Source: Gammaproteobacteria bacterium (GTDB lineage Bacteria > Pseudomonadota > Gammaproteobacteria > Tethybacterales > Persebacteraceae). From it: a DNA stretch of 25,686 nucleotides. Below are positions 9,077-16,626 of the stretch, piece by piece (the first letter of the stretch is position 1; each line of letters begins with the position of its first letter). The stretch spans positions 1 through 25,686 of the forward strand of contig JBPCWX010000121.1 in assembly GCA_051009095.1 (NCBI GenBank). The letters are read 5' to 3'. Under the pieces are notes generated by a model. It had not been told where the DNA came from, did not search any database, and worked only from the letters and a program-made list of their open reading frames with translations. The translations under genes and the position numbers were made by a program.

Positions 9077-12000
9077 CTGCTCTGTTCATCATCAGTCGCT
9101 GCTCGGAATTGCTTAAGATCCTCCATTGTTTTGATGTTAATTTTTCCTGCCACTTTTTCCAACTTCTGCCGTATCTTATCCAACCACGAGGGCAATCCAC
9201 AAGTGATAAACAAAAACGCTTGAACTTCCTTTGACTGCTCCTTATCCGACAACACGGCACGAGCGAGTGCCTGATATTTAACGCATTGATATAACCCCTT
9301 TATGAGTTCGCCAGACATCACAGAAGTTTTGACTTCAACAATAACATATTCGTGTTCCGATTCAAAAACGACGTCAGCTTCGTCGTTGGTGGGAAAACCA
9401 CTCTCTATTTTAGCTACTACACTATCGGACGTAAGTCCAAATAGTTTGGGGGTTTTTGATAGTTCCTTTTTTAGCACTTTGTGTTGATCGCCTTCGCCTC
9501 CTCCACCGCCGTTCTTGATGGACGTTCCGCCCGGCTGCCTATCGTCCGGTTCACCCCCCCCTGGCGGTGTGGGTGTTAGCGGCGGCTGGGGAGGCGGTGG
9601 CGGCGGGGGAGGTGGCGGCGGCGGGGGAGGCAGTGGCGGCGGAACGCCATTTCTTTTTTCTTGCTCAACCCTTATAACTAATAAAGATTCTTCAGTTTTC
9701 CCATAATCCTCCCGCAATCTACGTAAGCACCCATCATTATTTTCCTCGTTAAGAAAATTCTCAATGTGCGGTTTATTATAAACTGAAGATTTCGACAATG
9801 ATGCAAGTGCTGCTGCCAACGCACGCACGGTGTTGTCTTTCATACTTACTTTAATAATTGAGGGCTCAGTTTCAATTTTATATTCAATTTTATAAGGGAC
9901 ATCAATATCAAAATCGGGTAACTTTTCAGATTTCAGGCATATTGATTCATATACACAAATTGTTATATCTTCAGAAAAATTACCATCATTAATAGCCTTC
10001 AAGTATAGTTTTCTATCATTATATCGTTTCTGCATCTCCTCTGTTTCACGCGACACCTCATCTTTGCACTCATACTTCGAATCCAAGTAATCGCTTAGTT
10101 CAGGCAAGTCGGATTTTTCACCTTCGGCAAGAGAACAAATAAAGATATTAATGTCTTCTTTCTCTAATAACTTGCTACGAACGACGGGAACAGCCAAATA
10201 AGATTTATCTAACCAATAATAATCGGAGTCCGCAAAATACATAAATTCACCTTTATCAGTTTTGCGGATACATGGGATTTTGAGCGAACCAGGGATAGCA
10301 CCAAAATTTTCTATGTAATGCCGATAAACTTCCTTTGTGGCTCTGGCCACTGCTCCCCTTGTCCCATCCCATCTCATATCTGCCTCATCATTAGTTTCCC
10401 TATTCTCATATAATTTCTTTATCAAATCGATAACTTCGTCTTCTACATTAGGAAGTTCTTCTTTCATGCCAAGATCTTTCATAGCGTCCCAAAACTCATA
10501 TCGTAGCCTCCCATCTTTAATTTCAATAACTTCTGGCAAAAGCCCGCCCAAACTTTTGTCCTGCGCATAAATCTCCCAAGGTTTTTTATACTCACCGCCC
10601 ATTATTCTGGACTTGCAACGAATCCATTCCAGTTGCTTTAATTGGTAAAGGGCAAGGCTATGACTGAAAAATTCAAGACGAGAACCTCGATAACAATAAA
10701 AATCTCTATGCTCCTTAGCCATTCTATGTAATCTAACTAGTATCACTGCAAACTCTTCAGACCGAATGCTCCTTATTTTCATAATAGCACTTTCGTCAAA
10801 ATAAAATTGTCGTATGTTATTTACAGAATTTAGACCCATCCTGTGCAAGTGTTGCCTGATGATGTCATTGTATTCAGGTGCCAAAGCACTAATAGATTCA
10901 TTATAATATCCTTCCATAACATACAATTTTGGTATCCGAGAAACCCCTAACCACTGAAGCAGAGGAATATATTCTTCTTTTTTAGCATCTTCTATTTTCC
11001 ATTTCTCAATAGGAAGAATAACTTTTTCCATACCATCAAATTGCTTATACCCGCCCCATTTTGATCCCGCATAGCATTCAATGGCGGGAATCCATCCTTT
11101 CTTTGTCGGCACACGAATAACCCTGCCGACTGTATTTCTCTCATCTTCTTCCCCAATTATCAAGTCATCGACCGAATTGTCCTCCAGCCACTCACTTGCC
11201 TGATGCAATATTTTTGCGCCATTATTACACCACCACTCCTGATCTTTACCCTCGCAGTGTGGCACTAAAACCTTTTCAATAAAATCTTTCTTTTCCAAAG
11301 GCACACAAGGCAATTTACTTCTATCTTTAATACCTTCAAATGCTTCCTTAAAACCGGTAGCCAAAACATCTACACGCAACCATTCTGGCCATGGCAATAG
11401 ACATTCCATTAAAATTGGACACTCGCCGTTATAACTCCGAGCCCGATTGCCCAAAAACCAAAAAGGAATTTTGCGTAAATGCTCATTAATAACAACATCA
11501 TCACTAAATTTATCAACCGCAAATTTAATGGCATTACAACAATCCCCAACACTTCCATTTTTGCAATACTTCAGTAGCCTAAAATAATCTTCCTTGTCTA
11601 TCTCTATTGCCTTTAATCCCTTTAGAATAGGATACACTTTTTTATCCTCATCCTTTTGCAATGAGCCGCACAATAAACACTCATCCTTAACTTCTGGCAT
11701 GTCCGATTTTAGCAAGTCGCCAAAATTATTTTCCCACAATTTAATTTCATTGGGTTTGCATTTACCACCCCCAAGAATCGGAACAAAATCCGTTTCCGCC
11801 ACCACTTCGGCTATGGATTGGCGCATAGTCCCAATGACACCTTCATATTCATCTTCATGTGCCTTGCCAAATGCCAACAAGCCAGTTTTAGGAGGAACAT
11901 GGCAAAGAATATCCTTTGTCATTTCTTTTATCCCCTCGCAAATATCGCCGGCATTCTCTTGCCCCTCGTCTGCCAAATGTTTCCTGTCTGCATTAATCTC

Positions 12001-12957
12001 AAATGAAGCATGAATAAGTGCGCCAATTTTGGGCAATTCCTCTTTCGATGGAAAGAAAACATGTAAAAGATTTTCGGTGTCGGTGTATGGTACTGCTTTG
12101 CCTTTATCCAACGGTAAGGCTATGGATGCGCTTATTCCTTTTCCTTCCCCAATCCACATCCATTGTTGCCAACTTTTAGATTCTTTCCGTCCGTTTTCTG
12201 TGGTAGTCAAGTCTACTTTTGATTTTTTTGCACCAAAAACACCGTCTCTTTCAAGCCGTATTTTACGCTCTATTTTTTGTGTGCCGTCTTGTATTTCAAC
12301 TTTAATACAATTCAAATGAGGGCAAAACAATAAACACTCCGCCGATAATTCCTGCAGTTGTTTTATGGTTTGCTCCCGCGCCTCAGTATCTTTAAATGGC
12401 AACCGTATAACCGTTACATACTTCTGCCCTTTTAACTCAGCAATCTCATCATCTGGTTGGCATTTATGGGGGATGCGAAAAATAGGAACCTCTTCGCCAT
12501 CGGCAATTTCCCCTATCCTTTCCCGCGTTTTGTCTTCCGAGAAACAAAAAGAAAAAGGGCCAGAGTATATTGACGGTTCTCTGGATATTTGCAATACTGA
12601 CTTAAACCCAATACCCTTCACACCTATAAGTGTAGGGGCTTTTACCGCGTCATTAGCATTTTGGAGTAATTCCAATAATAGCCGACCGCTATAATCTTGG
12701 CAAATCCTTTTTTCATGCTCCACATCCTCAGCAAGCCTGTTTTTGCTCTGATAAACGCTGAGACATTCCTGCGCAATCTCTTCTATTAAATTTAAATCAT
12801 CACCATACTCATCATTGGGAATTTCCCGCTTCCCGCTCAAATACATATAACACAAAGAAATAACACCATCACGAGTAAACGGCTCCCCCGTATTCGCAAC
12901 AATAAGCGCGCTTTCCGTAACACGAAAAAGAATGGATTGCAATTTTTGCTTTTGCAT
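9070..12957 (-). CDS. 1295-aa sacsin/NOV-like GHKL ATPase with a long central region, polyproline linker and C-terminal PD-(D/E)XK nuclease domain
   Basis: N-terminal 'DYSGRLLLELLQNANDA', 'IGVKGIGFKSV', 'IYSG..F.F' and 'T.IRLPF' are sacsin-type GHKL motifs. C-terminal 'EADVVF...VIVEVK...KGLYQCVKY' is a D...ExK nuclease core with a QxxxY helix. The ORF is uninterrupted and AT-richer than its flanks. Confidence 0.8.
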   Translation of the reverse strand: MQKQKLQSILFRVTESALIVANTGEPFTRDGVISLCYMYLSGKREIPNDEYGDDLNLIEEIAQECLSVYQSKNRLAEDVEHEKRICQDYSGRLLLELLQNANDAVKAPTLIGVKGIGFKSVLQISREPSIYSGPFSFCFSEDKTRERIGEIADGEEVPIFRIPHKCQPDDEIAELKGQKYVTVIRLPFKDTEAREQTIKQLQELSAECLLFCPHLNCIKVEIQDGTQKIERKIRLERDGVFGAKKSKVDLTTTENGRKESKSWQQWMWIGEGKGISASIALPLDKGKAVPYTDTENLLHVFFPSKEELPKIGALIHASFEINADRKHLADEGQENAGDICEGIKEMTKDILCHVPPKTGLLAFGKAHEDEYEGVIGTMRQSIAEVVAETDFVPILGGGKCKPNEIKLWENNFGDLLKSDMPEVKDECLLCGSLQKDEDKKVYPILKGLKAIEIDKEDYFRLLKYCKNGSVGDCCNAIKFAVDKFSDDVVINEHLRKIPFWFLGNRARSYNGECPILMECLLPWPEWLRVDVLATGFKEAFEGIKDRSKLPCVPLEKKDFIEKVLVPHCEGKDQEWWCNNGAKILHQASEWLEDNSVDDLIIGEEDERNTVGRVIRVPTKKGWIPAIECYAGSKWGGYKQFDGMEKVILPIEKWKIEDAKKEEYIPLLQWLGVSRIPKLYVMEGYYNESISALAPEYNDIIRQHLHRMGLNSVNNIRQFYFDESAIMKIRSIRSEEFAVILVRLHRMAKEHRDFYCYRGSRLEFFSHSLALYQLKQLEWIRCKSRIMGGEYKKPWEIYAQDKSLGGLLPEVIEIKDGRLRYEFWDAMKDLGMKEELPNVEDEVIDLIKKLYENRETNDEADMRWDGTRGAVARATKEVYRHYIENFGAIPGSLKIPCIRKTDKGEFMYFADSDYYWLDKSYLAVPVVRSKLLEKEDINIFICSLAEGEKSDLPELSDYLDSKYECKDEVSRETEEMQKRYNDRKLYLKAINDGNFSEDITICVYESICLKSEKLPDFDIDVPYKIEYKIETEPSIIKVSMKDNTVRALAAALASLSKSSVYNKPHIENFLNEENNDGCLRRLREDYGKTEESLLVIRVEQEKRNGVPPPLPPPPPPPPPPPPPPQPPLTPTPPGGGEPDDRQPGGTSIKNGGGGGEGDQHKVLKKELSKTPKLFGLTSDSVVAKIESGFPTNDEADVVFESEHEYVIVEVKTSVMSGELIKGLYQCVKYQALARAVLSDKEQSKEVQAFLFITCGLPSWLDKIRQKLEKVAGKINIKTMEDLKQFRAATDDEQSSH
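9562..9642 (-). repeat. Low-complexity CCN tract encoding PPPL-P14-QPPLTPTPP
   Basis: Read directly from the sequence: 14 consecutive Pro codons (9589-9630), built from imperfect CCTCCCCCGCCGCC(G)CCA units. Confidence 0.95.
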
Positions 12958-13407
12958 TTATCCTCCCCCCAACTTTTGCTTAACCAACTTACTCACCTCC
13001 CCCATATCCACACCAACAAGGGCGGTTTTGAGTTTAGCGATAACTTTGCCCATATCGCGCATGGACTCGGCGCCGCAGTCGGCAATGGCAGTGTCTATCG
13101 CCGCATTTATCGCTGCCTCATCAACCGGCGGCGGCAAAAAAGGCGTCAATACCGTAATCTCTTCGCGCTCACGAGTGGCCAATTCATCACGCCCCGCCTG
13201 CTCATATTGTGCCGCCGATTCTTGCCGCTGTTTAATCAGTTTTTGCACCACCGCAACCAAGCCCGCTTCATCAGCCGGCGTGCCGCTGTCAATCTCACGC
13301 GACCTAACCGCCGCCAGCAACATGCGCAACACATCTACGCGCAACCGCTCGCCCGCTTTCATGGCGGACTGTATTTCTTTTTGCAGATATGGGACGGGGG
13401 CAGCCAC
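12958..13407 (-). CDS. yqeY: GatB/YqeY domain protein
   Basis: Motifs 'AMKA....R..VLRML', 'K..KQR.ESA.QY...GR.ELA..E..EI..L..FLP' and 'DMGKV'. Lies directly downstream of rpsU. Confidence 0.92.
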   Translation of the reverse strand: MAAPVPYLQKEIQSAMKAGERLRVDVLRMLLAAVRSREIDSGTPADEAGLVAVVQKLIKQRQESAAQYEQAGRDELATREREEITVLTPFLPPPVDEAAINAAIDTAIADCGAESMRDMGKVIAKLKTALVGVDMGEVSKLVKQKLGGG

Positions 13408-13412
13408 GGCGA

Positions 13413-13625
13413 TTAGTATTTACGGGTCGGCAAAGAACGCATCCGTAACTTGCGGTGGAGTCGCTTGATCGCGGCGATTTTGAGCCGCTTGCGACGAGTA
13501 GTCGGTTTTTCGTAGGCCATGCGCATCCGCATTTCAGTAAGCAAACCGGCACGCTCCACCTGCCGCTTAAAGCGGCGCATGCCGCCTTCAAAAGATTCAT
13601 TTTCGTTCATTTGCACATATGGCAT
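13413..13625 (-). CDS. rpsU: 30S ribosomal protein S21
   Basis: 70 aa with 'ENESFE...RRFKR.VE..GL..E.R.R..YEKPT..RKR'. Confidence 0.96.
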   Translation of the reverse strand: MPYVQMNENESFEGGMRRFKRQVERAGLLTEMRMRMAYEKPTTRRKRLKIAAIKRLHRKLRMRSLPTRKY

Positions 13626-13698
13626 TTGTTCTCCTGTTTTTTGTTTTTAATAAAGCGCCAGTCGCAAAACAATCGGCTGGACAAAAGTTAAGATTTTC

Positions 13699-13704
13699 AT
13701 TATA
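13699..13704 (-). promoter_or_regulatory. Candidate sigma70 -10 box for rpsU
   Basis: Perfect TATAAT on the minus strand about 75 nt upstream of the rpsU start. No recognisable -35. Confidence 0.35.
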
Positions 13705-13707
13705 CTA

Positions 13708-13965
13708 CTAACCCCCCGTCACCGGTGGAAAAATCGCAATTTCTGCATCATCGGCAACTTCATCGTTCAACTGAGCAAACCGCTGATTAATGGCAAAACC
13801 CAGCGCCTTGTCTTCCGCCAGCTCTTCCGCCCACACTCCCCCGCGCGCTATCAACTTTTGGCGTATGCTGCACAATGAGGCAGTGGGCGCCGACCACTCC
13901 AAAATTTCCCCATCACTTTGCAGCCGCTCACGCAGGCGACCAAAAAAAAGTAAACGCAGTTTCAT
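13708..13965 (-). CDS. moaD: Molybdopterin converting factor small subunit (sulfur carrier)
   Basis: Motifs 'LLFFGRLRE', 'AINQ', 'D.EIAIFPPVTGG' with the C-terminal GG. ATGA overlap with mobB. Confidence 0.92.
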   Translation of the reverse strand: MKLRLLFFGRLRERLQSDGEILEWSAPTASLCSIRQKLIARGGVWAEELAEDKALGFAINQRFAQLNDEVADDAEIAIFPPVTGG

Positions 13966-14477
13966 TCCGTCCGCACCTCCTTGGCCGCCCGCGCCGCAAT
14001 AAAATCCGCCACCACACCGGTATCATTTAACGGCAATAATGGACACGGTAATGGCGGCGGCACATCGCTGTCTGTTGCCACTGCCACAATATGCGGATTG
14101 TCAAATGCCAAGGGTTTCGCCGCGGTTGTCTGCCGCCACACTTCCAGTTTTGGCAAGGGCGCATTTTTATACCCTTCCACCAGAATTAAATTGCAGCATG
14201 AATCAAACCGCCCACACAAGGCAAACACATCCGCCTCTTCTTCATCTGCGGCAATTTCATGCAGCAGCGCCCAACGGCGCGAAGAAGAAATCGCCATTTG
14301 ACGGCAACCCGCTTGTCGCAAACGCCATGAATCTTTACCCTCTTGGTCTATCTCAAAAGAATGATGCGCATGTTTTAGCACGGCAACAATAAAACCACGC
14401 TTTGCCAATTCGGGCAATAACCGCTCAATAAGCGAAGTTTTGCCACTGCCTGACCAACCAGTGATGCCAAAAATCAT
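13962..14477 (-). CDS. mobB: Molybdopterin-guanine dinucleotide biosynthesis protein B
   Basis: Motifs 'GITGWSGSGKTSLIE', 'KHAHH.F.ID..GKDS.R.R.AG' and 'LVEGYK....PKLEV'. Confidence 0.93.
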   Translation of the reverse strand: MIFGITGWSGSGKTSLIERLLPELAKRGFIVAVLKHAHHSFEIDQEGKDSWRLRQAGCRQMAISSSRRWALLHEIAADEEEADVFALCGRFDSCCNLILVEGYKNAPLPKLEVWRQTTAAKPLAFDNPHIVAVATDSDVPPPLPCPLLPLNDTGVVADFIAARAAKEVRTE

Positions 14478-15037
14478 TACCTGATACGCCGCAATAATAC
14501 TCGCGATGCGCCGGGATTGAGCGGCATTTCAGCATATCCCAACACCGCCGACTCGTGCCTGAGCCACTCCCGCACAGAATCGCGCAATACTGGCCCATCA
14601 CTGCTGTGTAAGCCACGCCCATGGACAACTTCCAAAAACTGCTCGCCTCTACTTTGCATCATCAATATTTTCTCGGACAATAATTCACACGCCTGCACCG
14701 CCGTATGGCCGTGCAAATCAATGGTGGCACAGCGGGTTTTTTCGCGGCACAACTGATCCAACCGCCGCCGATCAACGCCATCTGCAGTATATTTCCTGCC
14801 ATCATCAAAAACCGCAGCCTTGCTCGGACTGGGCTCAGACCTCCCCTGCTTATTGCGCCCGATTCTGTTTTTAGACAAAAACTCAGCGACATTTTCTTTC
14901 GCTAACTCAGCGGTTTGCTTAGCCTGGACAATCTTGCCGTCATCATGATTCACCGCAGTGTTCGCGCCTTGTTTGGGCGGCAAGCCAAACCCTTCGGCAC
15001 GGACAATATCGGCAAATGTTTCTTTTTTATCCGCCAT
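14477..15037 (-). CDS. Smr/MutS-domain endonuclease (SmrA-like)
   Basis: Motifs 'IDLHG.T...A', 'VVHGRG.HS....VLR..V..WL' and 'NPGA..VLL'. ATG at 15037 lies inside the 3' end of trxB. TAATG overlap with mobB. Confidence 0.85.
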   Translation of the reverse strand: MADKKETFADIVRAEGFGLPPKQGANTAVNHDDGKIVQAKQTAELAKENVAEFLSKNRIGRNKQGRSEPSPSKAAVFDDGRKYTADGVDRRRLDQLCREKTRCATIDLHGHTAVQACELLSEKILMMQSRGEQFLEVVHGRGLHSSDGPVLRDSVREWLRHESAVLGYAEMPLNPGASRVLLRRIR

Positions 15038-15983
15038 AATTTTCGTCCAAAAATTTAATCGCATCCAAAGCCGCCATGCAGCCGGAGCCGGCACTGGTCA
15101 CGGCCTGCCGATAGATGCTGTCTTGCACATCCCCGGCGGCAAAAACCCCAGCCGCACTGGTTGCCGTTGCCATGCCGCTACTGCCGCCGCGCGTTTGAAT
15201 ATAGCCGTTTTTCATGTCCACCGCCCCCGCAAACAAAGCGGTATTGGGCGTATGACCGATGGCAATAAAAACACCATCCATCGGCAGCCGATGCGTCTTA
15301 TCATCGGTTGTCGACCGCAGTTCAACACCATTAACCCCGCGTTCATCACCCAACACTTTGGTCAGCGTGTGGTTATACAATATCTCCACTTTTCCCTCTT
15401 GCGCCCGTGCAAAAAGTTTGTCTTGCATAATTTTTTCGGCGCGCAACGAATCGCGGCGGTGAATAAGCGTAACCTTTGCGGCAATATTGGACAAATACAA
15501 AGCCTCTTCCACTGCGGTATTACCGCCGCCGACAACCAGCACATGCCTATCCTTAAAAAAGAAACCATCACAAGTGGCGCAAGCCGACACTCCCCGCCCC
15601 AAAAATTCCTGCTCCGATGCCAATCCCAGATATTTTGCCGAAGCGCCCGTGGCAATGATGAGCGCGGAACATTCATATGCGGTATTCGCACCGTGCAGCC
15701 GCATTGGGCGGGCGGATAAATCTATCGCATGAATATGGTCTTGCACCAGTTGCGCCCCAAACCGCAAGGCATGCTGCTGAAAACGCTCCATGAGTTCGGG
15801 ACCTTGCACGCCATTGGTATCGGCCGGCCAATTATCCACATCAGTTGTTGTTGTCAGTTGCCCTCCGGGTTGCACCCCGGCAATAACCAGCGGACACACA
15901 TTGGCGCGAGCCGCATACAAAGCGGCTGTCCAACCAGCGGGACCAGAGCCCAAAATCAACAATTTTGTGCGGCTAATATTCAT
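15027..15983 (-). CDS. trxB: Thioredoxin-disulfide reductase
   Basis: Motifs '[16 protein letters not shown]', '[13 protein letters not shown]', '[12 protein letters not shown]', '[12 protein letters not shown]' and '[17 protein letters not shown]'. Confidence 0.97.
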   Translation of the reverse strand: MNISRTKLLILGSGPAGWTAALYAARANVCPLVIAGVQPGGQLTTTTDVDNWPADTNGVQGPELMERFQQHALRFGAQLVQDHIHAIDLSARPMRLHGANTAYECSALIIATGASAKYLGLASEQEFLGRGVSACATCDGFFFKDRHVLVVGGGNTAVEEALYLSNIAAKVTLIHRRDSLRAEKIMQDKLFARAQEGKVEILYNHTLTKVLGDERGVNGVELRSTTDDKTHRLPMDGVFIAIGHTPNTALFAGAVDMKNGYIQTRGGSSGMATATSAAGVFAAGDVQDSIYRQAVTSAGSGCMAALDAIKFLDENYGG

Positions 15984-16060
15984 TGTTTTACGGCATACCT
16001 ATTTTATCGGTTTTACCGTTGTTTGAGCGGGATGGACACCGTCTCTGCAAAAAATTAACA

Positions 16061-16137
16061 TGGCGGAGTGGACGGGATTCGAACCCGCGACCTCCGGCGT
16101 GACAGGCCGATATTCTAACCAGCTGAACTACCACTCC
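16061..16137 (-). tRNA. tRNA-Asp (GUC)
   Basis: The reverse complement reads GGAGTGG-TAGTTCAGCTGGTTAGAATA-TCGGCCT-GTC-ACGCCGG-AGGTCGCGGGTTCGAATCCCGT-CCACTCC-GCCA. It is 77 nt with canonical D and T loops and an encoded CCA. Confidence 0.97.
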
Positions 16138-16141
16138 GCAA

Positions 16142-16177
16142 AAAACAAAAGCCCAGCCTATAACAGCACTGGGCTTT
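16142..16177 (-). terminator. Terminator-like hairpin between the HU gene and tRNA-Asp
   Basis: Stem AAAGCCCAG / CTGGGCTTT (16148-16156 / 16169-16177), followed on the minus strand by TGTTTTT. Confidence 0.55.
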
Positions 16178-16192
16178 GAAAGAAATCAGCAA

Positions 16193-16468
16193 TTATTTAT
16201 TAACCGAGTCTTTCAGAGTTTTGCCTGGACGAAAACGCGGCGCAGTGGACGCCTTGATCTTGAGCGGCTCACCGGTTTGTGGATTGCGCCCGGTGCGTGC
16301 TTTACGCTTTTGTGTATCAAAAGTGCCGAAACCCACAATGGTAACTGCTTTTTTCTTTTTTAGCGCACCCGTAATAGTGGCGACAAAAGCATCCAAAGCA
16401 CTACCAGCGTTAGCCTTGCTAAGACCAGCCGCATCGGCGATTTTTTCAATGAGTTCACTTTTATTCAT
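16193..16468 (-). CDS. hupB: DNA-binding protein HU
   Basis: Motifs 'MNKSELI..IA..A.LSKA.A..ALDA', 'V..VGFGTF...RKARTGRNPQTG' and 'P.F.PGK.LKD.V'. Confidence 0.94.
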   Translation of the reverse strand: MNKSELIEKIADAAGLSKANAGSALDAFVATITGALKKKKAVTIVGFGTFDTQKRKARTGRNPQTGEPLKIKASTAPRFRPGKTLKDSVNK

Positions 16469-16541
16469 AGTTAGCTCCCTTTAAGAATGGATTGAATGAA
16501 AAATAATCTGACATTTATCAGACCCAATAAAGATGGATTAT

Positions 16542-16550
16542 ATTATACCA
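16542..16550 (-). promoter_or_regulatory. Extended -10 promoter element for the HU gene
   Basis: TGGTATAAT (TGnTATAAT) on the minus strand about 75 nt upstream of the start. Confidence 0.5.
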
Positions 16551-16626
16551 ATTAGTAAAAATTTGCGCCTTTAAGCATTTTTTTTATTATCGCGTGTCCA
16601 CAGAGTATCATCACACCACATCCCCG

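Noticed and set aside
9554-9561. G8 tract on the coding strand just before the nuclease domain, and G8 at 24809-24816 in the Kelch gene, as phase-variation switches
   Set aside because: Equally long C8/G8 runs occur in essential gyrA (7079-7086) and in the GT2 gene (4748-4755), so 8-mers look like background here. Both genes are in frame.
9515-9706. Poly-glycine ORF on the plus strand
   Set aside because: It is simply the reverse complement of the polyproline tract.
7776-12957. Calling the MTase/GHKL-nuclease block an integrative element or prophage
   Set aside because: No integrase, transposase, phage gene, flanking direct repeat or adjacent tRNA is visible. Only composition and context suggest foreign origin.
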